From Candidatus Latescibacterota bacterium (GTDB taxonomy: Bacteria; Latescibacterota; UBA2968; UBA8231), in the NCBI GenBank assembly GCA_965248265.1, contig CBDFJF010000001.1, positions 288,001-352,000 of the forward strand: DNA of 64,000 bases, read 5' to 3'. The first letter of the stretch is position 1; every line of letters begins with the position of its first letter. Below the pieces are notes generated by a model, which made no database searches, was not told where the DNA came from, and worked only from the letters and a program-made list of their open reading frames with translations. The position numbers and the translations under genes were made by a program. Below, in pieces: positions 39,726-49,687 of the stretch.

Positions 39726-42092
39726 GTGAAACAGATCCCGATCCTGCCCCTACGCAATGCGGTCGTCTATCCGTTGATGCCTCACCAGCTGACGGCGGGA
39801 CGCCAACGCTCAATCCGCGCGCTCGAGGCGGCGGCTGAAAACGACAACATCATCGGTCTGTTCTCCCAACGCGATGGAGGGATTGAAGAGCCGACTAAAG
39901 CGGATCTCTACCGCGTCGGTACGCTGGCCAAGATCGTGCGCCTGTGGCGCATGCCGGACGACAGTGTGCGCCTGATCGTTCAGGGTCAGAGTCGCGCCCG
40001 GCTCGAGGATATCGTCACCGAGAGGCCGTTCATCAGCGGGCAAGTGCGCAGACTGCGCGACAAGGGTGATCCGGCGGGCATGCCGATCAAAGCCCTCGGG
40101 CGCACGGTCAGCACCCAGTTTCAAGCGATCGTCGATCTGTCAGCGCAGTTGCCGGACGAACTCAAGGTAGTCGCCGTCAACATGGAGGACCCGGGCCGGT
40201 TAGCCGATTTCGTCACCTTCTACGTAGACGTCCACCTCGAAGAGAAGCAGGAAGTGCTGGAGCTGTTGGATATGCGCAAACGGCTTGAGTACGTGACCGC
40301 GCTGCTCGCCCGCGAGCAGGAGATTCTGGAGGTCGGAGCCAGCATCCAGTCACAAGTTCAAGAGAAAGTCGGCAAGTCCCAACGCGAGTACTACCTGCGA
40401 GAGCAGCTCAAACAGATTCAGAAGGAGCTCAGCGGCAGCGACCCGCTCGCGGCTGAGACTGACGAGTTGCGCAGCCGCATCGACGAGGCCGATCTGTCGG
40501 AGGAGGCTGCGGAGGCGGCGCAACGGGAGGTCGGCCGGCTCGAGCACATGATGCCTGGGGCGCCCGAGTATTCGGTCGTGCGAACCTACCTCGACTGGCT
40601 GTTGGAACTGCCGTGGAGTCACGGCACCGAGGATCAGCTCAACATCCGTCGCGCTCTGCGCATCCTCGACGAGGACCATTATGGTCTGTCGAAGGTCAAG
40701 GAGCGAGTCCTCGAGTACCTGGCGGTGCGCCATCTGCGCCAGGAGATCAAAGGGCCGATTCTTTGTTTTGTCGGGCCTCCGGGGGTGGGCAAGACATCCC
40801 TGGGCCGTTCGATCGCACGCGCCATGGGTCGAAATTTCACGCGTATCTCATTGGGCGGCGTTCATGACGAGGCCGAAATCCGGGGGCACCGCAGGACCTA
40901 CATAGGGGCGTTGCCGGGCCGCATCATTCAGGGCATCAAGAAGGCGGGCTCCAACAATCCCGTGTTCATGCTGGACGAGATTGACAAGCTTGGCAGCGAC
41001 TTTCGTGGCGATCCAGGGGCCGCATTGCTTGAGGTCCTCGACCCGGAGCAGAACTTTTCGTTTGCCGACAACTATCTGGATGTTCCCTTCGACCTGTCCA
41101 AGGTGTTGTTCATTACGACGGCGAACCTGTTGTCCCCCGTTCCGCCCGCGCTACGCGATCGCATGGAGGAGATTCCGATTCCAGGGTACACGCCGGATGA
41201 AAAGATCAGCATCGCGCAGAAGCATCTGCTGTCCAGACAACGGGTCGAGCACGGCATTACCGGGAACCAGTTGAAGATATCCGATCGCACCATGTTGCGG
41301 ATGATTCGCGAGTTCACCCACGAGGCGGGCCTGCGCAATCTCGAGAGAAGCCTCGGGACTATTTGTAGAAAAGTGGCCAGGCGGTTTGTGGAATCCGGCA
41401 GTAAGCGTTCCGTCAGTGTCAGTGCACACCGACTCGAGGAATACCTCGGGCCAGCCCAGTTCTTTCCGGAGGTCGCCGCGCGCAAGCCCGAGGTAGGTGT
41501 TGCCACCGGGCTCGCGGCAACGGCGGCCGGCGGGGAGATCCTCTTCATCGAGGCGACTCGCATGCCGGGGGGCAAGAAGCAGTTGATTCTCACCGGACGC
41601 CTCGGCGAGGTCATGCGGGAATCCGCCCAGACCGCCTTGAGCTACCTGCGTGCCCGATCAGAGGAGCTGGGTATAAGCCGTGAGGATTTCGAGGAGTGCG
41701 ATATCCACCTCCATGTTCCGGCGGGAGCCACTCCGAAAGAGGGGCCCTCAGCCGGCGTCGCTCTGGCCGTGGCGCTGGTATCCCTGTTCAGCGGTCGCCG
41801 CATTCGCAGTGACGTTGCCATGACAGGCGAGATAACGCTCCGTGGCCGTGTGCTTCCCGTGGGTGGCATCCGCGACAAGGTGCTGGCCGCCCAGCGCGCC
41901 GGCATACGCGCCGTCATACTGCCCGCCCGCAACGAGAAGGACCTGGAGGAGGTACCGGCCCGTGTGAAGGAGCAGATCGAGTTTCACGCGGTCGAACATT
42001 TCGACCAGGCGCTGGAGGTAGCGGAGGCGACGACGCGGCGCCGGGGGTCAACGTCACGAAAATCGAAGCCCAGGAAGAAGAAAGGGCAATGA
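39726..42092 (+). CDS. lon: Lon protease (endopeptidase La)
   Basis: PILPLRN N-domain, GPPGVGKT, LDEIDK, PKEGPSAG, GGIRDK. Confidence 0.98.
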   Translation: MKQIPILPLRNAVVYPLMPHQLTAGRQRSIRALEAAAENDNIIGLFSQRDGGIEEPTKADLYRVGTLAKIVRLWRMPDDSVRLIVQGQSRARLEDIVTERPFISGQVRRLRDKGDPAGMPIKALGRTVSTQFQAIVDLSAQLPDELKVVAVNMEDPGRLADFVTFYVDVHLEEKQEVLELLDMRKRLEYVTALLAREQEILEVGASIQSQVQEKVGKSQREYYLREQLKQIQKELSGSDPLAAETDELRSRIDEADLSEEAAEAAQREVGRLEHMMPGAPEYSVVRTYLDWLLELPWSHGTEDQLNIRRALRILDEDHYGLSKVKERVLEYLAVRHLRQEIKGPILCFVGPPGVGKTSLGRSIARAMGRNFTRISLGGVHDEAEIRGHRRTYIGALPGRIIQGIKKAGSNNPVFMLDEIDKLGSDFRGDPGAALLEVLDPEQNFSFADNYLDVPFDLSKVLFITTANLLSPVPPALRDRMEEIPIPGYTPDEKISIAQKHLLSRQRVEHGITGNQLKISDRTMLRMIREFTHEAGLRNLERSLGTICRKVARRFVESGSKRSVSVSAHRLEEYLGPAQFFPEVAARKPEVGVATGLAATAAGGEILFIEATRMPGGKKQLILTGRLGEVMRESAQTALSYLRARSEELGISREDFEECDIHLHVPAGATPKEGPSAGVALAVALVSLFSGRRIRSDVAMTGEITLRGRVLPVGGIRDKVLAAQRAGIRAVILPARNEKDLEEVPARVKEQIEFHAVEHFDQALEVAEATTRRRGSTSRKSKPRKKKGQ

Positions 42093-44833
42093 TGGCTCAG
42101 GCCCTGCAGGATGTTGGAGGCCCGCTACAGAGTGCCCTGGACCAACAGGATGGGCGCAATCCGACCGAGAAGCGCGCCGGCTTCTGGCGTGGTCAGATCG
42201 AGCGTTTGCAGAGAGAACACCGCGAGGGTGCCCCCGGGTTGGAGATCGCACGCGCCATCGCCGACGTCGTCGACGTGATCGTGTTGGACGCTTACAACCA
42301 GACGACGGCCCAGACGACGGCCCAGACGACGGCCCAGGCAACGGAGGGACAGGACGGGAAACCGTTCGCGCTGGTGGCTCTCGGGGGTTACGGCCGTCAG
42401 GAGATGTCTCCGTACTCGGATGTCGATTTGCTCTTTCTCCATGCCAAGGACAAAGACCGGACTCCCGAGCTCATCTCCGGTGTCTTGCATCCGCTCTGGG
42501 ATCTGCAGTTCGACATCGGCCACAGCAGTCGTACGATTTCGGAAGCGGTCCAGATCGCGCGCGATGACATCGAGTCCTGTACCGCCATGCTGGACGGCCG
42601 TTTTCTGGCCGGCGATCAGGGCCTGTTCGAGAAGTTCAGCCAACGCCTGTTCAAGAAGCTGCCCAAGAAAACCGTAGCCACATTGAAAAGCCTGCGCGAC
42701 AGGCGCGATGCCCACGGCCACTCTGTGCAGCTTCTGGAACCGAACGTGAAGGACAGTCCAGGTGGGCTGCGAGATATACAGCTCCTGGAGTGGGCGCTGA
42801 AAAGCCGAGCAGGCATGCGTATTCCGGACGAAGCCTGGAACGAGTACCTCGACCATGAAGACGTGGCGGCTCTCAAACAAGGTCGAGACTTTCTGTGGCG
42901 GGTGCGCCATGAACTGCACTTCACCATGGAGCGCAAGCACGATGTTCTCGACAACGTGGCCAAACCTCGGATTGCGCTCAATCTCGACTACGCCGATCGC
43001 TCAGGCGCCATGATCGGTCCAACGAAGGAATCCGGTTCGAATCATCGGGTCGGACCTCCCGATCGAACGGGTGCGGATCGCGGTCTGGAGCTTTCTGTGG
43101 AACAATTCATGCGTGACTATTACCTGCACGTGCGGGAGATCGTCCAGCTCGTCGACCTCGGGTTCGCCCACCTGGTGCGTTCCCAGAGTCGCGGTCGCCA
43201 ACTCCTGCTCGAGGAAGGTGTCATCGCCGTCGACGAAGAACTCAGCCTGTCCACCGGCGGGACCTACTTTGAACAAGATCCGCTGCGCCTGTTACACATC
43301 TTCGCGGTGGCTCAAAACCGCAGACTGCGTCTGGGCGCGCAGGCGCGCCGCTGCATCATGCAGTCGGTGCATCTCATCGACGACGAAATCCGCAGCAGTC
43401 CCAAGGCTCGCGATCTGTTCCTGCGCATGCTGGGTCGCAAGCGACGGGCTGCCACTACCCTCAGGTCGATGCACGATCTCGGTGTACTAGGTGCCTACCT
43501 CCCGGAGTTCGGTTCGCTTACCTGTCTGGTACAGTACGACATCTACCACACCTACACCGCCGATGAGCATACTCTAGTCGCACTCGACAACCTCGCAGGG
43601 GTTGCCGGCATGGATGAGCGCAGCACCTTGCGGCGGGTTTACGATCAGATGCAACGGCGCGACATCTTGATGCTGGGGGTGTTGTTGCACGATGTCGGAA
43701 AATCGAAGCGCGAGGAACACATCCGCTGCGGTATGGAGATGGGGGAAGCGCTGCTGGCGAGAATGGACCTGCCAGAGGCGGATCGGATGTTCGTTCTGTT
43801 TCTGATCGAGCATCACCAGGACATGGTCATGATGTCCCAGCAGCGGGATCTCAACGATCAGAATATGATCGCCGATTTCGCCGCCTTGTTCGCCAGCGAG
43901 GAGTGGCTCAAGGCGCTTTACCTGATGTCCTACGCGGATCTGACTGCTGTCGCCACGGATGCCTGGTCCGATTGGCACGGCGCCCTGCTATGGGAGCTCT
44001 ACCACAAAACGGAACAGCAGCTGCAATCCGGCTTCCAGACGCTGGAGAGACGCGAGTTGAGCAGGGCAAGACTGGATGAGCATCTACGTGCCGTGAAGGG
44101 CCTCTGGCCCCCCTCCAAGGTCATGGCCTTCGAAGAGCACGCGCAAAAATTTCCGCCACGCTACCTGGTTACGCATGAGCGTGAGGAGATCGAGCAGCAT
44201 CTGCAGCTCATTGAGCGGGAGCAACGCTCAGGCACCCAGGTCGATTTTGACCACTTGTCCGACCGCACCCAGGTATTGATTTGTACTCGCGATCAACCGC
44301 GCATATTGTCCCAGATCTGTGGCGTGCTTGCCGTCAATGATATTAACATCCTGCGTGCTGATGTGAACACGAGGAACGATGATGTCGTCATCGACGTTTT
44401 TCAAATCACCGATGTCGACGGCAACCCCGAAGTGCCCGAATACAAGCAGCAGCGAGTTCGAGAGCAGCTGACCCAGGTCATCGAAGGCGCCGTTGAGATC
44501 GAGACCTTGTTCGACAGCTACAGTGCCCACTGGAGCCGGCGCAAGGCGGGTCAACCCAGACGTGAGCCCGATGTCCAGTTCGAGAACCAGGTTTCAGACA
44601 GCTACACGGTCATCGATGTTGAGACTTTGGACGGCGTTGGGGTGTTGTACGAGATCACGCACCTGTTGGCAGCGATGGGGCTCGACATTCACATGGCGAT
44701 CGTCAACACGGTCGTCGACCGCGCGCGCGATGCTTTCTACGTCGTCGACAATCAGCAGCAGAAGATCGCCAACTACGAATTTCTCGAGACCGTCAGGCAT
44801 CGATTGATCGAAACCCTGGCTGCCGAGGGCTGA
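42089..44833 (+). CDS. glnD: [Protein-PII] uridylyltransferase / uridylyl-removing enzyme
   Basis: ALGGYGR, SDVDL, EPNVKDSPGGLRD, YHTYTADEH, LHDVGK and two C-terminal ACT domains. Confidence 0.95.
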   Translation: MMAQALQDVGGPLQSALDQQDGRNPTEKRAGFWRGQIERLQREHREGAPGLEIARAIADVVDVIVLDAYNQTTAQTTAQTTAQATEGQDGKPFALVALGGYGRQEMSPYSDVDLLFLHAKDKDRTPELISGVLHPLWDLQFDIGHSSRTISEAVQIARDDIESCTAMLDGRFLAGDQGLFEKFSQRLFKKLPKKTVATLKSLRDRRDAHGHSVQLLEPNVKDSPGGLRDIQLLEWALKSRAGMRIPDEAWNEYLDHEDVAALKQGRDFLWRVRHELHFTMERKHDVLDNVAKPRIALNLDYADRSGAMIGPTKESGSNHRVGPPDRTGADRGLELSVEQFMRDYYLHVREIVQLVDLGFAHLVRSQSRGRQLLLEEGVIAVDEELSLSTGGTYFEQDPLRLLHIFAVAQNRRLRLGAQARRCIMQSVHLIDDEIRSSPKARDLFLRMLGRKRRAATTLRSMHDLGVLGAYLPEFGSLTCLVQYDIYHTYTADEHTLVALDNLAGVAGMDERSTLRRVYDQMQRRDILMLGVLLHDVGKSKREEHIRCGMEMGEALLARMDLPEADRMFVLFLIEHHQDMVMMSQQRDLNDQNMIADFAALFASEEWLKALYLMSYADLTAVATDAWSDWHGALLWELYHKTEQQLQSGFQTLERRELSRARLDEHLRAVKGLWPPSKVMAFEEHAQKFPPRYLVTHEREEIEQHLQLIEREQRSGTQVDFDHLSDRTQVLICTRDQPRILSQICGVLAVNDINILRADVNTRNDDVVIDVFQITDVDGNPEVPEYKQQRVREQLTQVIEGAVEIETLFDSYSAHWSRRKAGQPRREPDVQFENQVSDSYTVIDVETLDGVGVLYEITHLLAAMGLDIHMAIVNTVVDRARDAFYVVDNQQQKIANYEFLETVRHRLIETLAAEG
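42298..42345 (+). repeat. 12-bp in-frame tandem repeat (CCAGACGACGGC x3 plus a degenerate copy) in glnD
   Basis: Read directly; encodes QTTA-QTTA-QTTA-QATE. Confidence 0.9.
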
Positions 44834-44862
44834 CGATCAGGACGGTATGGCGGCGATGGTGG

Positions 44863-46791
44863 TTACTGCAGAAACAAGATCTTCCTGGCAGAAACCCGAT
44901 GGTTGGTCTCCAGCCTGGCTACGTAGACCCCCGTGCTAACCTCACTGCCGGCGTCACTGGTTCCATCCCAAACGACCTCACTGTAACCGGCGAGAGTCCG
45001 TTCCTGAAACAGGGTGCGTACGCTCTGCCCCGCAAGATTGTAGATGGTCAGGGAGGCGTCCCGGGTGGAGACCGGTACCAGCAAAGGGATTACCGTGGCG
45101 CCATTGAACGGATTCGGCCGGTTTGGCAGGAGCTCAAATTCGGCTGGCACCGGCCGCGCATCCGTCTCCTCCACCGCCGTCATACGGCTGATGTTTTGTG
45201 GTTGCCCGCTGACATCCATGCGTTCGATGACGGCCGCAGCCGGTTGGCTGAAGGGACGTGGGTCCTCGGGGTCTGGCTGGACGAACGGATTGCTGCGGAT
45301 CTCACGCCCGTCGGCCAGCGTGACGACGAGGACGATGTCTTCCAGGCGAGGATCATCCGGGTTGAAGTTCGGGCATTCCAACCGGGCCGTCGCCCGGCGC
45401 ACATTATCGACCCCATCCAGATCCGGATTGAACCCGAACACCGGGTCCAGGGTCATCTCGTCTGCCGACAGCGTCGTAAAGAGCCGTGTCAGGTAGTCGT
45501 ACTCGGAAAACAGTTGCTGACCCTTGCGCAACGGTGTGACGACAACCTCGTCTAGTGAGACGACAAAGGCCCCGGCGTCGAACTCGATGTCGTCGTTGTA
45601 CTGGCGGTAGGATTCCATGTTGTTGTAGAAGGATTGCTCGGCCATCGCCAGAAGGGTCCCGTTCTCTTTCGCCTCCCGATAGGCTTCGACGTCCCCTCTG
45701 AAAACGATTTCGAGCGCTCCCTCTTCCAGGACGATCTGCGGTATCGGAATATGGCGGCGCAGCAGGGCCTGCATCTGTGAGTCTGCCCGTGGAAATCCCT
45801 GCCGCAACAGTTGGTCGACGAACCCCTGGGGATCCTTCGCCTGGCTGAGGGTCTCCAGATCGTAGCGATCCTCCCAGAAGAGGCGCTCGTCCATGATCGC
45901 CGGTGACCCCGCGTAGTCGGTTGCAAAGGACTGTCCACCCGCTTCATTGGCAGCCTGGGTGACGACGTCGGCATAGTTGAAGCCGCCGTTGAACCAGTCG
46001 ATGAGCGCCTCGTTGATCTGTACGTGCAGGTAATTCGTGGGTACGGCGCGTGCCGGGCCCAGGACCCAGGCGAGAACGCCGAGATCAGGTTCCGTGGCAA
46101 CGGCTGTAAGGCGGATAGGTATCATCGGGTGGTCGCCGGCGTAGGTCATGGCGATGGGTTGCAGATCGCCGATCTCCCTGTCTGCCGACAGGCGCAGGGC
46201 CAAGAACAAGAATCCATCCTCGACGTACGGAGCCAACAGCTCAGCCCCCAGGTCACCGAGTTCATATCCGTTTGACGTCAGCCAATCCAGGATGGCCTGG
46301 GCATCGTCGGAGCGGATGACGGCCGTTTGATAGGGGCCGACGCGGTCTTCACTGACGACATCCACATCGCGTTGGACGACAACCGCATCCTCCTCCGGGC
46401 CAAGGGTCCAGACGCGGAAGTCACATTCGCTTTCTTCCGGCCAGTCGAGGACGAAGGCTGGTTGAGTGGCGAACTGCAACTGACGGAAAATCTCGTTGTG
46501 GCTGACGGACAGTTCGGGCACGGATGGAACCGGCAGCACCCAGGCGAAATCCTCAGCTGTGCCGGCAAACTGGATCTGCACGTGAACACTTACTTGCCCG
46601 TCCTCAGCGATGAACAGAATCCGCTCGCTGGTCTGGTTCATTGGCAGGTTGGAACAGAAGAACCCGCCGCAAGACCACGACGGTGACGTGGCGCCGTCGA
46701 AGAGAAAGAAAAGCAAGAGAACGGCAGCCGAGCAGCCGAACCGATCAATCAACCGTGTACGTTCAATTGGGACTCGATGTTTGCCTCGCAT
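44863..46791 (-). CDS. Secreted DUF2330-like protein with a FlgD/T9SS-like C-terminal domain
   Basis: CGGFFC, ERILF, FAWVLPVP, PMIPIRLTAVA, YLTRL; tail PNRPNPFNGATVI...WDG...GVYVARL. Confidence 0.8.
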   Translation of the reverse strand: MRGKHRVPIERTRLIDRFGCSAAVLLLFFLFDGATSPSWSCGGFFCSNLPMNQTSERILFIAEDGQVSVHVQIQFAGTAEDFAWVLPVPSVPELSVSHNEIFRQLQFATQPAFVLDWPEESECDFRVWTLGPEEDAVVVQRDVDVVSEDRVGPYQTAVIRSDDAQAILDWLTSNGYELGDLGAELLAPYVEDGFLFLALRLSADREIGDLQPIAMTYAGDHPMIPIRLTAVATEPDLGVLAWVLGPARAVPTNYLHVQINEALIDWFNGGFNYADVVTQAANEAGGQSFATDYAGSPAIMDERLFWEDRYDLETLSQAKDPQGFVDQLLRQGFPRADSQMQALLRRHIPIPQIVLEEGALEIVFRGDVEAYREAKENGTLLAMAEQSFYNNMESYRQYNDDIEFDAGAFVVSLDEVVVTPLRKGQQLFSEYDYLTRLFTTLSADEMTLDPVFGFNPDLDGVDNVRRATARLECPNFNPDDPRLEDIVLVVTLADGREIRSNPFVQPDPEDPRPFSQPAAAVIERMDVSGQPQNISRMTAVEETDARPVPAEFELLPNRPNPFNGATVIPLLVPVSTRDASLTIYNLAGQSVRTLFQERTLAGYSEVVWDGTSDAGSEVSTGVYVARLETNHRVSARKILFLQ

Positions 46792-46919
46792 GGGTGATTC
46801 CTCCGTCTCATTTTGACAGGTCCGTTTTCAATACAACACTGAACCTGGCCTTATGTGTCACTCGGGAGCCCACTTCATGCAGTGACAGAGGAATGACGGC
46901 GACGGCCGGACGATGTCTT

Positions 46920-47543
46920 TCACGACGCGATGAACTCCTCGATCATCGGTACGAAGATGCGCATCCAGGGCGAGATATCCTTCTTGCCTCGTGCGCACAC
47001 CAGATTTCCACAGCGGACGACCGGTTCGTCGACGTACTCACCCCCACAGACTTCGATGTCGAAGCGGCACTTTGGGATGGTCGTGGCTTTCCTCCCCTTC
47101 AGCACACCGGCCACACCGAGAATCTCGATTCCATGGCAGATGGAAGCGACCGGTCTGTTCTGTTCGAAGAACCGGCGGACGATCCGGAGCAGGTCCTCGT
47201 CGTAACGCAAGTACTCCGGTGCTCTGCCTCCGGGAAGGACGAGGGCGACATAGTCATCCGGGTCCACGTCCCTGAAGGCGATATCTGACTCCAGCCGGTA
47301 GCCGGGCTTCTCCACGGTGACGTCCCAGCCCGGGCTCAGTTCATGAATTACGGTGTGGTAGGAGTCGACTTCGAGCGCAGCAAGGGCAACGGCATAGTCC
47401 TCACCCAACCGATAATAGGGTCCCATGGTGTCCAGGACTTCAGTGCCGTCTCCGATGACGAGAAGGACTGCCGACCCGGTGTCACTGCCATCGCCGTGTC
47501 GAATGCTTGATCGCAGGTCATGACGGGGAGAAGCTTCGGTCAT
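46920..47543 (-). CDS. DJ-1/PfpI family protein
   Basis: LVLPGGRAPEYLR and ASICHG nucleophile elbow. Confidence 0.9.
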   Translation of the reverse strand: MTEASPRHDLRSSIRHGDGSDTGSAVLLVIGDGTEVLDTMGPYYRLGEDYAVALAALEVDSYHTVIHELSPGWDVTVEKPGYRLESDIAFRDVDPDDYVALVLPGGRAPEYLRYDEDLLRIVRRFFEQNRPVASICHGIEILGVAGVLKGRKATTIPKCRFDIEVCGGEYVDEPVVRCGNLVCARGKKDISPWMRIFVPMIEEFIAS

Positions 47544-47756
47544 ATCTGAGCAGCCCTGTCGGACAGTTGGATGTGGGTCGGCGCGAGATTACGCCGACAC
47601 ACAAATAATACATGTGTGTGCCTCCGTTGGCGAGCAAGGCCGTGCTCAGGCGGCTGCTTCGATTGCCGAGATCACGGCCGTACCTCATGGTTGAGGGCGT
47701 ACGATCATTTGGCAATCAGCAGGGTGCTCAACCGAATGCCATCGAGTAAGGCGGAA

Positions 47757-48269
47757 ATGCAGATTCAGATAAAACCGATAGCATCCAGATTCATCACAGG
47801 TTTTCATGCAGCCCTGGATGCCGTTGCCCGCGAAGGTGAGTACCTGGTGTTGACGCGGGCTCCTGCCATCGAGTCGACGCGGCAATGGGTCGAAGGCAAT
47901 ATCGGGAGGGGGATTCCCCAGTACGTGGCCCTGGTGGAGGAGACAGCCGTGGTCGGCTGGTGCGACATCATTCCCGACTCCCATCCGGGCTTTGAACACG
48001 GTGGGCGTTTGGGGGTTGGGGTGCTGCTTGCCCACCGGCGTCAGGGGATTGGCAGGCGATTGGTGTCCACGGCGGTCGACGGCGCCCGAGAGTTTGGATT
48101 GACACGGGTGGAGCTGGAGGTGTTCTCCTCAAATGAGCCAGCCATTCGATTGTACCGCGAACTCGGCTTCGAACGTGAGGGATGTCGCCGGCGTGCCAGG
48201 CGGATCCGGGGTGGAGGATACGAGGACGTACTGACCATGGGTTTGCTACTCAATTCCGATGGGGCATAG
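47757..48269 (+). CDS. GNAT N-acetyltransferase (YhhY-like)
   Basis: VVGWCD, RRQGIG, NEPAIRLYRELGF. Start inferred at ATG 47757 (or 47736). Confidence 0.88.
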   Translation: MQIQIKPIASRFITGFHAALDAVAREGEYLVLTRAPAIESTRQWVEGNIGRGIPQYVALVEETAVVGWCDIIPDSHPGFEHGGRLGVGVLLAHRRQGIGRRLVSTAVDGAREFGLTRVELEVFSSNEPAIRLYRELGFEREGCRRRARRIRGGGYEDVLTMGLLLNSDGA

Positions 48270-49551
48270 GGGAGTCCTTCCGCAAGATCTGCTTCCTGCC
48301 GGGTCCGACTGAGATCCATTTCACCGGCAGGTTTACCAGTAGTTCGATGGTTTCGACGTACAAGCGCGCGTTCGCTGGAAGATCCACATAGGCGCGGACG
48401 TTGGACAGGTCGCAGCGCCACCCGGGCGTGGTTCGCCAAACGGGTTTGGCGCGCTCCAGCCTGTCGGTGGTGGGAAACAGGGCTGTGCTTTCGCCATCTA
48501 CTTCGTAGGCCGTGCACATTGGAATCTCATCTAGGTAGCCGAGCACATCGAGCAAGGTCAACGCCACCTCGGTGGCGCCCTGGACCCGGCAGCCGTAGCG
48601 CGTCGCCACGGCATCGAACCAGCCAACGCGGCGCGGCCTGCCCGTCGTCGCCCCGTATTCACCATCGGATGCACCCCGGCGGCGTAGTTCTTGCGCTCCT
48701 GCACCCTGCAACTCCGTGACGAACGGACCCGCCCCGACGCAGGAGGAGTAGGCCTTGGCGACCGCGATTACCGTGCCGATTTCCCGAGGGGGAATCCCTG
48801 CTCCGACGGTGGCGAAGCCGGCCAGCGGTGAGGAGGAGGTCGGGTAGGGGTAGATCCCGTGATCGGGGTCTCGCAGGGCCCCCAGTTGCCCCTCGAGCAG
48901 GATGTGACGACCCTCAGCGAGGGCATTCTCCATGAGGGACAGGGCATCGCATGTGAACGGAGCGATCCGTTGGCCAGCATCCAGCAGCAGGGGAATGAGG
49001 TCAGCTACCGACAAAGCAGGTCTGCCGTACAGGTGTTCGAGTAACGGATTCTTGATCGAGAGCGAATGTATCAAGCGTGTCCGCAGTCTGTCTTTGTCTG
49101 TGAGGTCGGCGATCTGCACTCCGAGCTTCAGGTATTTATCGGCATAGAAGGGGGCAATTCCCGCTCGGGTCGAACCGAACTGCTGCGCTCCAAGCCGTTC
49201 CTCCTCGCACTCATCCAACAGGCGGTGGTAGGGCAGGACGATCTGTGCGCGATCGGAGATCCGGACATCCGGTTTGGGTATTCCGCATTCCTGGAGGTGT
49301 GCGAGTTCACCGAGCAGAACGGGAATGTCGACGGCGACGCCGGGACCCAGGACATTGACCACGCCTTCGTGGAAGACGCCGGATGGAAGCAGGTGGAGGG
49401 CGAACTTGCCGTGTTCATTGACGATGGTGTGCCCGGCGTTGCTGCCACCCTGAAAACGCACGACGAAATCGGCGCCGGCCCCAAGAGCATCGGTGATCTT
49501 GCCCTTGCCTTCGTCTCCCCAGTTGGCGCCGACGACTGCGGTAACCGGCAT
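48250..49551 (-). CDS. purA: Adenylosuccinate synthetase
   Basis: WGDEGKGK, RFQGGSNAGHT, EYGATTGRPRRVGW. Confidence 0.98.
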   Translation of the reverse strand: MPVTAVVGANWGDEGKGKITDALGAGADFVVRFQGGSNAGHTIVNEHGKFALHLLPSGVFHEGVVNVLGPGVAVDIPVLLGELAHLQECGIPKPDVRISDRAQIVLPYHRLLDECEEERLGAQQFGSTRAGIAPFYADKYLKLGVQIADLTDKDRLRTRLIHSLSIKNPLLEHLYGRPALSVADLIPLLLDAGQRIAPFTCDALSLMENALAEGRHILLEGQLGALRDPDHGIYPYPTSSSPLAGFATVGAGIPPREIGTVIAVAKAYSSCVGAGPFVTELQGAGAQELRRRGASDGEYGATTGRPRRVGWFDAVATRYGCRVQGATEVALTLLDVLGYLDEIPMCTAYEVDGESTALFPTTDRLERAKPVWRTTPGWRCDLSNVRAYVDLPANARLYVETIELLVNLPVKWISVGPGRKQILRKDSPMPHRN

Positions 49552-49687
49552 CTGTCTTCGCTTTGTAAGAGGGAGCAGGCACGTGAGTGCCGGCGGTGGA
49601 TGACAGAAGCAAGGTACGGGCGGCCAACGAGGAACAAAATTTAATGTCCTGATCTGCGCGATTTGGCGGGTTTATGGACCTCCCGCG

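Noticed and set aside
46856-46887. Inverted repeat TGTCACT-N18-AGTGACA upstream of the DUF2330-like gene
   Set aside because: A single 7-bp arm pair with a long spacer and no U-tract could easily arise by chance.
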